From: Octopus vulgaris
Taxonomy: Eukaryota
Assembly (NCBI GenBank): GCA_951406725.2
Contig: OX597836.1
Span: 33,418,001-33,482,000, forward strand
Reading direction: 5' to 3'
DNA length: 64,000 nucleotides
A program made the position numbers and the translations under genes. Below, one piece after another: positions 49,967-63,842 of this stretch (positions are counted from its first letter, which is position 1; each line of letters opens with the position of its first letter). The notes under the pieces were generated by a model, which did not search any database, was not told the origin of the DNA, and saw only the letters and a list, made by a program, of their open reading frames with translations.

Positions 49967-51289
49967 AGGTGAATTCTACTGTTAAAGGTGTGACTTTTCT
50001 CTACACTTATCTTTGCTTTTATATATATATATATATATGAAACTATTAATAACAATTAAAGACACATATTACGTCCTTTAAATAATATTTACCTCTCACC
50101 AGATGGAGTACATTTTTTGTTGGTCTTTGTATCATGGAACAGTACATTTTATATATATATACACACATACACATATATGCACACACACACACACACACAA
50201 ATATACATACATACACACATATATATACATATATACATACATACACGCACGTAAAAAGATAGATAAATTGTAGGTAATATGAGGTAATATTATGTCTGAT
50301 GATGTAAGTTAATTAGTACATGCAATTAGTGCTGAGATTTATTACCTAAACTCCAGCTTAAATTGCAACAATTAAGAGCAGCCTTAATCTGCTGCATATT
50401 ATCAATACTAACGACTTTACCTTATAACTATTCCAGGAATATACCAGCCATTATATACTACGACCATTATGAATATTCTCCAATCGATCTTGTATTGATC
50501 TTGTCTGATTTGAATGCCTTATGCATTTTTCATCCAGAGAGTTGTACATTTATATAAATAATTGTACACCTGTATAAATATATCATAGTCTGACCAAAGA
50601 CCAGTTATTTGTCCTGTCTAAACTTTTATTCTATTGTGTGTGTATCTTGGCCTGCTTGCCTAGCCAGTGGGGTGCCATTATTCAAAAGCTAAGACAGTGC
50701 AAAGGACACAGTGGTCAGTGATGTATAATAACGTCCAAAAGTGTGGTTGATTACATGGTGTACATATGTGTGTGTGTGTGTATTAATATATATATATATG
50801 TATTATGATAGATCATTAGCCACTACACACATTTTTTTTATCTCCTTGTTTTTTTCTGTGTCCCTTTCTGTAGAAGAGCATAGGCTCGAAATGTAAAAGA
50901 CTTTTTCTATTTGTTTTGTACACCACCTGTCTTCGTCTTTTGTTTTTTCATAAACTCTCCCTATATAATATATGTGTGCGTGAGTGTTACCCGAGACTGT
51001 GCAAGCCCACAGGTGAGTGAAACCCTGCTCTTGTTAAAACAAAGGTATGTTTGATTGCACTTTCTGCCAGGACAATCCTGGCCCAGCTTTGCCCTATCAA
51101 TTTTTTGCTTTTTACCTCAGCCTCCAATCACATCTTTTCACTCCCTAGGAGGCGCAATGGCCCAGTGGTTAGGGAAGCGAACTTGCAGTCAGAGGACCAC
51201 CGTTTCAATTCCCAGACCGGACGTTGTGTGTGTCTATTGAGTGAAAACACCTAAAGCTCCACGAGGCTCCGGCAGGGGGGGGGACTCCT

Positions 51290-51625
51290 TAGGCTAGTTC
51301 TGGTCGTCCCTGGTGAGAGCTATCAGAACTGTCTTGCCATCTTTCAATTTCATGTGAAGAGACTTGCTGTTTCTCTCTTGCAGACCTATTTGAAAGAAAG
51401 TGTTGTTACAAGGTGCTTTTGCTGGAGACCAGTTCCCCACACAGCAGGGATTTTCGGATCACCACTATCTGACACGTAGGATACCATGCCCAAGACAGCA
51501 GAGGCATCATCACTGATATAGAAAGATGAGGGAGAGTTCTGTGCAGATACCTTTGAAGACAAAGATGCCAAGTTCTCTTGCCGGAGGTTGATTCCCTCAT
51601 ATGATTCTCTCTTGGCTGAGGGTAA
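51290..51625 (-). mobile_element. Decayed RTE-clade LINE 3' fragment
   Basis: Minus frames give ...SISVMMPLLSWAWY...IRKSLLCGELVSSK, matching the RTE SIxxM...LRWAGH...PKxLLYGEL pattern. Confidence 0.5.
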
Positions 51626-51930
51626 AGAATGCCTTTGGTCATGAATGACCATGGGATTGCACCTAGAAAGTTTCCCTTCAAAGGCTGGACAAGGATATTT
51701 ACAGAAGAGCAGCAGTCACCCATAGATAGTAGCTTCCACTCTCCATGCCAACAATGTTATCCAAGGGAAAGGCAAAAGGGGCCAATACAGCTTGGCACCA
51801 GTAAGTGAACTGGAGCAACATGAAATAAATTTTACTCGCTAAAGAGCACAACACACAGCCCAGTTCAGGAATTGAACTCACTACCTCATGACTGTGAGCC
51901 TGATGCTATAACCACTGAGCCATGTGCCTT
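51625..51930 (-). mobile_element. SINE family D
   Basis: Reverse complement of 3505-3835. Confidence 0.8.
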
Positions 51931-52351
51931 CAGGGTACTACTACCAGACATATGGTGTACAGGGCCATGCCAGAAAAGGTATCATTCTTGATGTAAGATG
52001 AGGATGTTGCACAGACATGTTCCTAATACAGCAGGTTTTACTGTGGTACCAACAAGTCCATATTGGGTACCTACAAGTCCATTTGGGGTACCTACATGTC
52101 CAAACCAGCAGAGACATTGTTGTTAATGTAGTATAGATGAGGATCCTAAGCAGACATGTCTAATCCTTTAGCATTTAATCTGGCCATATCTGTCCAGAAT
52201 ATTCTACTTATTTTAATTTCAAATTGGCCAGATCCAGCCTCTCACACCTATGATACAATGTCATCATGAAAGTAGCATTCACATCATCCAAATCTCAAAG
52301 GTATGAGATAATGGAAGATTAATTTAAAAGAAACATGAATAAATTCTTTTA

Positions 52352-53075
52352 GGCACAGGTATGGCTGAGTAGTAAGAAGCTTGCTTCCCAACCACATGAT
52401 TCTAGGTTCAGTCCCACTGCATGGCACCTTGGGCAAGTGTCTTCTACTATAGTCTTAGGGTGATCAAAGCCTTGTGAGTAGGTTTGGAAGACGGAAACTG
52501 AAAGAAGCCCGTCTTATATATATATATATCTGTGTGTGTGTGTGTGTGTGTATGTTTGTGTGTCTGTATGCTGGTATGTTTATGTCCCCGTAACTTAGCG
52601 GTTCGGCAACAGAGACCGATAGAATAAGTACTAGGCTTGCAAAGAATAAGTCCTGGGGTCGATTTGCTCGACTAAAAGCGGTGCTCGAGCATGACCACAG
52701 TCAAATGACCAAAGCCTTAGGGTGACCAAAGCCTTGTGAGTAGATTTGGTAGACGGAAACTGAAAGAAGCCCATCATGTGTGTGTCTGTGTATGTGTGTA
52801 TATATATATATATTTTTGTGTGTGTGTATGTGTGAATTCACATGTGCATATATATATCTACGAGTGTGTTTTTGCATATGTTTGCCCCCCACCCCATCAT
52901 AACTGGTGTTGATGTGCTTACGTCCCTGTAACTTAGCAGTTTGGCAAAAGAGACCAATAGAATAAGTACCAAGCTTTTAAAAAAAAAAAGTCCTGGGGTT
53001 GATTTGTTTGACTAAAAAACCCATCATGGTGGTGCTCCAGCATGGCCGCACTCAAACAACTGAAACAGGTAAAAA
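52352..53075 (+). mobile_element. Two nested or tandem SINE family A copies
   Basis: First copy 52352-52710; the second restarts at CTTAGGGTGACCAAAGCC. Confidence 0.8.
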
Positions 53076-53625
53076 AAAAACAAAAAAAATACACACAGGT
53101 GCTGCATTTGACAAAGAAATCTGAATGCTGAAGAACGGTCAAAACAAAGATTGGCATCTCTGTGATTTGGGCCAAAGCAAGAAAACAGTACAATTAAACA
53201 TTGCCGTGGCGATGGAATAAACTAGTGTCACCGATAAAGATATTACTACTGAAGTCTCTAGCCAGAGACCAGGCTCAAGGCACACTAACCGTCCAACATG
53301 TGGAGTAGTACATGTATGGTCAAGCCAGTGTAATCCTCATTGCTGTGGGCATTGCAGCTCGAGCGAAGAATCCGTTCCTTGTGAGATTCCAGTCGCTGTC
53401 TGGGATATAACATGTCAGGCGGTTTCGATGTAGTGGATTCAGATGCTGCACTCAACTGCATTCGATGCTTCTACCGCTCTTGCTGCTGAACAGCAGAGAG
53501 CAGAGGATGCAGAATTTGCACACTGCAGCTTCGGCAGGCACCGTTGCCTTTGCATTACGAAAAGGAATATAATAGGTACTTGTGTGTGTGTGTGTATGAA
53601 AATATATATACTTTATTGTTATTTT

Positions 53626-54022
53626 AAGGCGGCGAGCTGGCAGAAACGTTAGCACGCCGGGCGAAATGCTTAGCGGTATTTCGTCTGTCGCTACATTTTG
53701 AGTTCAAACTCCGCCGAGGTCGGCTTTGCCTTTCATCCTTTCGGGGTCGATAAATTAAGTAACAGCTATGCACTGGGGTCAATATAATCGACTTAATCTG
53801 TTTGTCTGTCCTTGTTTGTCCTCTCTGTGTTTAGCCCCTTGTGGGTAGTAAAGAAATAGGTATTTTGCCTGTGACTCCATTCTGAGTTCAAATTCTACCA
53901 AGGTCGACTTTGCGTTTCATCTTTCCGAGGTCGATAAAACAAGTACCAGTAACAAACTGGGGTCAATGTAATCAATTCGTTTCCACTTTCCCCAAGCTGC
54001 CCTTGTGGCAAAAAATTTGAAA
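53626..54022 (+). mobile_element. SINE family B dimer
   Basis: Junction GAAATAG|GTATTT at 53859/60. The second body has the alternative tail. Confidence 0.9.
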
Positions 54023-54534
54023 TAATAATTATTATTATTATCACACTGATAATGCGAATACCATGGGTTCGTGCCCCATACTGGCCACATCCTTATAAGG
54101 CAGCAGGGTGGCAGAATTATTAGAATGCTTGGCGAAATGCTTTGCGGCATTTAGTCTGTCTTTAATATTCTGATTTCAAATTCCATCAGGGTTGACTTGA
54201 ACTTTCCATCCTTTCGGGGTTGATAAATTAAGTACCAGTGAAACATGGGTTGATGTAATTAACTAGACCCCTCTCCCAAAATTTCAGTGCTTTTCCCTTT
54301 AGTATAAAAGATTATTATTATTATTATCATTATTATTATTATTATTATTATTATCATCATTAAAATCACAAGTGTTGTGAAATACAGCTACTTAGGGATT
54401 CCTGATTAAAATATTAATATTTTTACACTCTTAAATTCTATATGTTGAAGCCGTACTATATAATATATATATATAATGAAGTAGCATGAAACGATTGTAC
54501 TACACTACCTTGGATATCCTTGTTGCTTATTTTG

Positions 54535-54572
<38 letters not shown>

Positions 54573-54574
54573 CA

Positions 54575-54611
<37 letters not shown>

Positions 54612-54941
54612 TAGAGGATGCAAGCAGGAAAATACAATTCAAAACCTGGCTATATAGACGTTTTTATTAATATAATTGGCAAATATTAAGTGATTCAAAG
54701 AGCCAAGATTTTCATGCATCACCATTTATCAAAATTGAATGTATATGTACATATACACACAAACATAAACAGCGGGCCACATACATGTATTTTAAAGACA
54801 CACACACACACACACACACATATAAGTTAAGCAAATTTTAGATTCAGATGAATATGGTACTTAAGTTAAAGGCACCGGAATTTGGTATGGTATTATCCAT
54901 ATAAAAATGAACATTGTCTATTTAATTTTAAAAATTCTATA

Positions 54942-55029
54942 TGTGGCTGAAGAGTGCTCTACATTTTAAAACTGATGTAATACTAACATTGTTTAATTGA
55001 ATGAAGTAGCATGAAACGATTGTACTACA
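54942..55029 (+). ncRNA. Type I (minimal stem III) hammerhead ribozyme motif
   Basis: Stem I UGUGG (54942-46)/CUACA (55025-29); CUGAAGA 54947-53; stem II GUGCU (54954-58)/AGCAU (55008-12); GAAAC 55013-17; GAUU loop; GUA 55022-24 as cleavage triplet. Confidence 0.6.
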
Positions 55030-55533
55030 CTACCTTGGATATCCTTGTTGCTAATTTTGAGTATATATATATATATAATTAATGTATGGAGGGGAAGGAT
55101 CTTTGTTGTTTGTTCTGTTGGTTAACAAACTGAATTACTCTACCCTTGAATTAATTAAAAGGAAACTAAACGAGCATTTCCCAGAGATGTGTTGCTGCTT
55201 AATCCCAAGGAAGATCTGCATGTATGTTGGTGTCGGACAGGGCTGTATCTTTTCCCAAGATGGGACTTCTACACAGCTTCCAGGTTACCAAATATACACA
55301 TTGGTATGCATCAAACTAAAAGGCAAGATGCATGTATTTATGTGTGTATGTGTGTGTGTTTATACATGTAAACATATGCATACATAAAAATTACACAGTC
55401 TATATAATAAACATGTGTATGTATGCATATAATTATATATACGCAGAAAGTCTATCTTTATACATACATACATATATATATACACACACACACATTACAG
55501 GTAGAGCGAGAGAGACGCATATCTATCTGGTTA

Positions 55534-55572
<39 letters not shown>

Positions 55573-55812
55573 ACATACACCATACACATACAATATGACA
55601 TATATATATATACATATATATATACTTATAATAAATATATAAAAAATTAGAAAAAACCCACCTTTTATCAATTCAAAATGAACAATTAAATTACACCATC
55701 TAGTTTTTTTTCTAATTTTTTAATATATTTATTATATTGTGTGAAATTTGATTTAGTATTTCTAAATTGAATTTTTTTCCTAAATTGGATTTTATTCCCT
55801 CAAATAATCATT

Positions 55813-55846
<34 letters not shown>

Positions 55847-56410
55847 CCTCATAAAATTATGAGCATCTCCCACAGCAGAAATGAGTAGTACTGTCTGAAA
55901 GGACCTGATGGCTCAAAGAATTGCAATATGTAAATATGTAACGATTCTTGATGTATATATATATGTATTTATACATTCACACATACACACCTATTCACAC
56001 AGGTGCGTGTGTGTGCCTTATGTGTGTGTGTGTGTGTGTGTGTGTATAAAACAATTTCATACAGGTATATAAATGCAAATGTATATATAAAATATATCTA
56101 TCAATATATATCTATCTACACACACACACACATAAATAAACACACAAGTATATATGTGTGTGCACATCTCAGTATGTACATATCACTATTAAGTCTATAT
56201 CAAATACAGATAACGATATACATATACATATTTACATACACCCACACAAGAATAGCATGGTCAATTTATTAAGAGAGTTTTATCAACATACGCAAACATG
56301 TTTCAAAATATATATACCTCCATTCATCCATACACACACACACAATATATCACCATATATATATATATCAAATGTCTCTGTATGTATACACAAATTGATA
56401 TGCATGAGAG

Positions 56411-56441
<31 letters not shown>

Positions 56442-56521
56442 GTGTGTGTGTATATATATATATGTATGTATGTATCATCATCATCATCATCATTTAACGT
56501 CCGCTTTCCATGCTAGCATGG

Positions 56522-56575
<54 letters not shown>

Positions 56576-57347
56576 GTGTATATATATATATATATGTATG
56601 TATGTATGTATGTATATATATATATATATGTATGTATGTATGTATGTATGCGTTAATTGTCCTGTACTATATTTTTTTTTGCTATTTTTAAAAAAATGTC
56701 CAGTTCCTTTGGTTTGTGTCTATGTTTTCGTTTCTCATTGTGTTCGGCGTCCTTTTGGTGTCCTGTACTCATATATGCATGTATATGTACATGTAGAGGT
56801 AGGTACGTACATATATGTTTATATATATGCATATGCATACATATATCTCTGACATTACTTAATATCTAAATAACTATATGCAAACATATCTATTGATTTA
56901 TATTTATACACACATACATACACAAGTATACATACATACAATAAGAGATACCAGATATATACTGTACACTCACGCAAACACTGATTTATAAATTTCAGAG
57001 ATATTCATATCTATAAATTATATGCATTCCCATATAATATATGTGTGAATGTGCGTGATGGTATGCATGTGTATACACATACATAAAGTATATCCATCAA
57101 CACACATACTTATGTACAAATATATATTTTATATTTGTGCACACACACACACACACACACACATTTAATTCATGATATACATATTAAAGAAAGCCATCCT
57201 ACACACAACATGCAAAATAAAGAAATATCTTGTAAATTCCAAGCAGATAATATATTTGGATGTTTCCAATATCAGTCGTATGTGTATATAAAAACCGCGC
57301 GTATAAAAAAAACCACCGAAAGCATATATATGTGTGAGTGTGTGTGC

Positions 57348-57393
<46 letters not shown>

Positions 57394-57661
57394 ATGTACA
57401 TATAAATGTATGTATGTATATATATATAAAAATATAAATATATATATATATATAAATATAAATAAATGTATGAGTATATATATAATATATAAAATGCATG
57501 TATTTATATATACATATATGTGTGTGTATATATATATAAATGTATGCGTATATATATATATATTATGAATGTATAAGTATGTATACATAAATATATATAT
57601 AAATGCATGAAATATATAAATATGTGTATACATATGTGTGTGAGTGTATATATAATGCATG

Positions 57662-57705
<44 letters not shown>

Positions 57706-58269
57706 CATATGTATATGTGCACGCACACACACACATATTTTGATGTATTTCAAGATGGTGTTTTTTTTTTGCCAATATTTTGGGAAGAAAAAAAAAATTA
57801 CACTCCAACAATACAACAATGTTTCAACACATGGCTTCACATCAGGAATCTTGCAACACAAATCCATACACACACACACACACACACACACACATTCATG
57901 TACTGTATAAAATATGTGTAGTTACACACCTGTGTATATCCATTATATGCGCATATATTCCATTACACATATCAACTATGTACATATATATATATAATAT
58001 GTATGTATATATTTTGCATACTGACAAACATTTTCAAGCATATATGTGTATAAATATATCTATGCACATGCATGTTTTATATAATAATAATAAATATACA
58101 AATATAAATATATGTATATATATATAAATAAGTATAGATATATATATAAATATAAATTAGTATAAATATATAAATATAAATAATTATAAATATATAAATA
58201 TATAAATATAAAATATAAATATATAAATATAAAATATGAATATATAAATATAAAATACAAATATAAAAT

Positions 58270-58312
<43 letters not shown>

Positions 58313-58363
58313 AACATATAACGGATGGCCATAATAGGACATATATATATAAATATAAATAAG

Positions 58364-58407
<44 letters not shown>

Positions 58408-58499
58408 AATATATAATGAAAGATCAAGTAAAAGACAAAATACTCCATCTGGTGAGAGGAAGATAGTATTTACTTAAAGTACTCAATACATGTCTTTAA

Positions 58500-58554
58500 G
58501 GGCCACTAATAGTTTCATATGTGAAGAAGTACCTCGAACATATTCATCAGGCAC
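58500..58554 (-). ncRNA. Degenerate hammerhead ribozyme motif
   Basis: The minus strand reads GUGC CUGAUGA AUAUGU-loop-ACAUAU GAAAC UAUUA GU G GCCC. Core boxes and the 6-bp stem II are intact, but the cleavage base is G and stem I has a mismatch. Confidence 0.45.
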
Positions 58555-58826
58555 AACAAACCATATATATAAATGCAAATATACACACTCACACACACAC
58601 ACACCTGTATACAGATACACATAAATATATATATTTATGGTATATATGAATAAATAAATGTTATCTGGATGTGTGTGTATATATATATATAATGTGTGTG
58701 TATGTGTATATATATATATGTGTGTGTATATATATATATATATATTTATATATGTACGTATATATGTGTGTACATATATGTATGTGTATATGTGTGTATA
58801 TATATATATATGTACTTATATGTATG

Positions 58827-58857
<31 letters not shown>

Positions 58858-58985
58858 ATGCATGTATATACATATATGTATTCACATATATTCTATATGT
58901 ACATATGTGTACATATATATGCATACTCATAGATGTATGGATGGATGTGTGTGTGTGTATATGTGTGCGTATATATATATATATA

Positions 58986-59027
<42 letters not shown>

Positions 59028-59561
59028 CAAAACATGGATTTATTTCTATGATATTGCATAGATGATATACAAAACGCTGCATATATAATACATACTATTA
59101 AATATATATCCTAAAATATGTATATACATGTAACATCCCCGTGTAAATATTTACCTGTAAGTGACGAAGGTAGTAAAGTGCCACAGTTCATCATAACATA
59201 TAAAAACACGTAAATACATATATGTAATACATATAAATGCACTATATATATATACATACCTGTGTATGTGTGTGTTGATAAACTATATACATTAAGTACA
59301 GTTTATAACGACATACATATATATATATATATATTTAGGGGGAGAATTCACAAAAAAAACAAAAGACGAAGACAGGTGTATTAGTATAACGCTCGTGAAG
59401 TGAAAAGGTCTTTAATATTTCGAGCCTACGCTCTTCCACAGAAAGAAACAGGGAGAGAAAATAAAGAATGTGTAGTGGCTAATACATACACATAATTCTA
59501 GATTTCCACACAGACATATGAAATATGTATAATATAAAAATATTTTTTAAGACATACACAC

Positions 59562-59612
<51 letters not shown>

Positions 59613-59926
59613 GTTTTTAATTTCCAAATTTATTCCTGTAAAATCTTATCCCCAATTTTTGGTGGTTACAGAACTTGGCTGTTCTTTCTAGCGCGTAGAA
59701 TCCCTATAAGTGAATTCTCTATGTATTTAAATATACACTATATCGTATGACTAATATGTAGTCTTTTTGACTGAAATTTTTTACGCGTTGTTCCACTGGA
59801 AATGTAATTTTTGATTGAATGTTTTTAACTTTTAATTAAATTCCATTTCCCTTTGACATGATTGTATATATATATATATATACACACACACATATAAATA
59901 TCCTATAAATATACTTATATATTATA

Positions 59927-60314
59927 CTAGCAGTATCGCCCGGCGTTGCTCGGGTTTGTAAGGGAAATAACTATAGAGCATTTTTAGAGAGTTATAGCCA
60001 AAAGACAGCAAAAAAATGCATTAAAAATGAAAAAAAAATTTTTTTTTTAATCGTTGACTCATCGTAGACATTTTTAGAGAATTACTTCCCTTATCTAATA
60101 GCGAAAAAATGCATTAAAATGGAAAAAAAATGATGGTAAATTATTTTTAAAATCGTAGACTCATCGTAGACGCGCGCTAATACCCAGAAGGGCTCGATAG
60201 GAATCACGACTATAAGATACCCGGTTTTGGTTAAACTGCACCGCAAAATGTGGGAGTAGTTAGGAATCTAAATCGTAGGAGACAGACACACAACCTTACT
60301 TTTATATATAAAGA
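59927..60314 (-). mobile_element. Non-autonomous Helitron (388 bp)
   Basis: The minus strand starts A|TCTTTATATATAAAAG and ends CTAG|T. Subterminal hairpin CCCGAGCAACGCCGGG (59939-59954); no TSD; internal ~100-bp duplication. Confidence 0.9.
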
Positions 60315-60857
60315 TGTATATAATGTTTATACCCAAATTTGCATACATCCATAAATATACAGAAATAGTTTTATGTGTACACAATACGTAAATATGTGTA
60401 TATTGGCACACATGTAATTAACTATATACATTTTCCCGCATATTACACATATATATACATATGCATATATAAATATAATCACGTGTACACACAGACGTGT
60501 GTGTGTGTATATGTATAGACATACAATTATCATCATCATCATCATCATCATTGTTGTACATTTATCCCGCTTTCTGCAAAGCTTAGCGGGAATCCTCATA
60601 CAAGGTGCCGCATTATCTCAAAATAGGTGGAAATCCCACAGCGATGAACAACTCGTACCGTCTCTTTCTCTCTCTCGAGAGAGAATATTCTTTTGACAAA
60701 CGGGATAGTAACGGCCATAATAAACATTTGTGCGTGTTATGTACAGATATACGTGTATTACATAAACATACTTACACACACACACACATATACATATACA
60801 TAACATAATCTACAATGATACAAATGTATCAACATACACATACACACACATGTACAA

Positions 60858-60934
60858 ACGGGGGTTGGCAAAAAAAAAAAAAAAATCACCTGGCAGCAAA
60901 TCAAAACTCATTTAATTCGAAGATTAAAACCCCA

Positions 60935-61000
<66 letters not shown>

Positions 61001-61334
61001 ATAATAATTGTTACATATTTAAATAATATAAATTAATTTATGTATTGGCTTAAGTCTTTCATTCTTTGATTTGCCTAATAGTGGTTTTGTCTCTAATTTA
61101 ATATAATATATATATATATATATATTTTACATGAGACTGCGCTAATAAATAAACAAATATTGAAACCTCCCCCCCCCCAAAAAAAAAAAACCCCAACAAC
61201 AAAAAATGGTAATTTTAACTCGCAGAATTCAATTATTAAAAATGTAGAATTGGAATGAATAAAATAAAAATTGAATTTTAAGTATTTATGGAATTTTTTG
61301 ATTTACTGTCGGGTGACTTTTGGCCAACCCTGTA
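60858..61334. mobile_element. Degenerate Tc1/mariner-type MITE with internal insertions
   Basis: Left GGGTTGGC(A)nTCACCTGGCAGCAAATCAAAA versus right TTTTGATTTACTGTCGGGTGACTTTTGGCCAACCCTG|TA. Confidence 0.5.
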
Positions 61335-61513
61335 TATGCATACACACATACACACACGCGCGCGCGCGTTGTATGTAAGTTTATTCTATGATACAAAAAA
61401 TATGACGTGTAAACACACACACACACACACACTTGTCAGACTCTTCGTCTGTTTCGATGAAATAAAAAATTTAGTCTTTCAATAGAATTAACTACCGACC
61501 GGTCATCTATGTA

Positions 61514-61567
<54 letters not shown>

Positions 61568-62018
61568 CATGCATATACATATATACATACATATATACAT
61601 ACATGCATATACATATATACATACATATATATATATACATGCATATACATACATACATATATATATATACATGCACATACATACATACATATATAATTAT
61701 TATTATTATTATATAAATTATTTATGTTATTATTATATATATATATACTATTTATATCATATATTATGTATATATTATTTATCTTATTATATATATATAT
61801 TATTTATATTATTATTATATATATTATATATATATATATACTATTTATATTATATATTAAGTATATATTATTTATCTTAGATATGTTTCGACCAAAGACT
61901 GGTCCAGGCCAAGTCTAACTTAATAGCACCCACCTAATAGGATTAAATCAAGTTTTGTGGTATCATGGTCCATTCCAGAAGGGGAGCTCTTGTGTGAGCT
62001 GTATCAAGGCACAGGTGG

Positions 62019-62055
<37 letters not shown>

Positions 62056-62206
62056 AATTTATATAAATAAGGATAAGATCGTTAATTTAAAATAAAATAA
62101 CGAACTTATTAAGTGGCCAGCATGGAAAAAAAAATAACCTTCGAAGGTAATGATTATTAAAATTATAAATTAGGGTATCTAGCAGATACCCTAATTTATA
62201 ATTATA

Positions 62207-62239
<33 letters not shown>

Positions 62240-62354
62240 TATACTGTTGTGTCTGAGGTGCCTTATAAAAAATCTTGCAAACCAAATCCCAAAACGAAAT
62301 ATATATATACACATACATACACACACATATATATATACATACACACACACACAC

Positions 62355-62385
<31 letters not shown>

Positions 62386-62424
62386 TATATATGCACACAC
62401 ACACACATATATATGCACACACAC

Positions 62425-62501
<77 letters not shown>

Positions 62502-62625
62502 CACACACACACATATATATATACATACACACACACATATATATATACATACACACACACATATATATATACACACACACACACATATATATATATATAA
62601 ATATATATAAAAGAGAAGGAGAGAA

Positions 62626-62694
<69 letters not shown>

Positions 62695-63504
62695 CACGCA
62701 CAGAGTTATAATTCGTCTAATGGACCCTGGTGCACTCACAGGCGAAACTTAGATAAATAAAAAGAGGGCGGAGGTATACAAGAGGCACATCACCAATTTT
62801 CGGCGTAACCCTAACTAACCACTGAGTGTGTGTGTGTGTGTGTGTGTGTATTCTTGAACTTCGCCTAAAAGAGTAACACGATCAAAACAAAAAACAAAAA
62901 AATTATTCAACTCCTTTACAGTGTTGAGTACACTTTGTCCGACAGCGAAAATTAAACGGTCACACACACACACACACTCACACACAGTGTGAGCGTTTAA
63001 TGAATTCATAAACAGATATAAAATATTATGAATTCGTAAACACACGGATACACACGCAAATAGGAAGACGGTTAAGTAGTCAGTTCCTAAATTCGGGGTT
63101 CCAGCCATCCTGTTCAAGACTTATCTTCGAGAAGAACCGGTTTTAACTTCATCGACGCAAAAACTTAATTTTGCGCAGCGCCGCGCCCCGCGCCATATGC
63201 CAGCTCTGTGCCGCCGCCGCGCAACCCTAAGTTTCGACTAAAAAAAATGAAATAAGGTAAAAAAAAAATTTTTTAAAAAAAAGGAAAAAAAAAAAAAAGA
63301 TTAGCAGAATGTGAACGGTAATCAGATTTCTACTGGGATGCGAACCCGAATGTTTTTTGCTAAATTCGCTGAGAATCCAAGCCCCTTGCTTGCTCTCTTG
63401 CGTTTTGGCTCCATCCTCCCGATGTCGCAAACCAAGGATTTCGGGAATAAAGACGGATTAAATATCTTAAAACAACAACAACAACAACAATAATAATAAT
63501 AATA

Positions 63505-63842
63505 ATCCTTTGTACTATAAGTTACAAGGTCTGAAATTTAGGGGGAAAGGGATAGACGATTAAATCGACTCCAGTACTCAATTGGTACTTGATTTATCGA
63601 CCCCGAAAGGATGAAAGGCAAAGCCGATCTCGGTGGATTTTTGAACGCAGAACGTAAAGACGGACGAAATACTGCTAAGCATGTTATCCGGCGTGCTAGG
63701 TCTGCCAGCTCGACGCCTTAACAATAATAATAATAATTTATAGACTACCCACAAGGGGCTAAACAAGGACAAACAAAGGGATTAAGTCGATCACATCGAA
63801 ACCAGTGCGTAACTGGTACTTATTTAATCGACCCCGAAAGGA
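63505..63842 (-). mobile_element. SINE family B copy plus a 3' fragment
   Basis: GATGAAAGGCAAAG core with the head ending at about 63719; second fragment 63745-63842. Confidence 0.8.

Noticed and set aside
50420-50560. Minus-strand reading ...IDWRIFIMVVVYNGWYIPGIVIR with a donor-like AG|GTAAAG
   Set aside because: Short, with no acceptor and no assignable family; at best a decayed transposon fragment.
55184-55303. Possible exon DVLLLNPKEDLHVCWCRTGLYLFPRWDFYTASRLPNIHI
   Set aside because: Weak acceptor, no recognisable homology and no partner exons.
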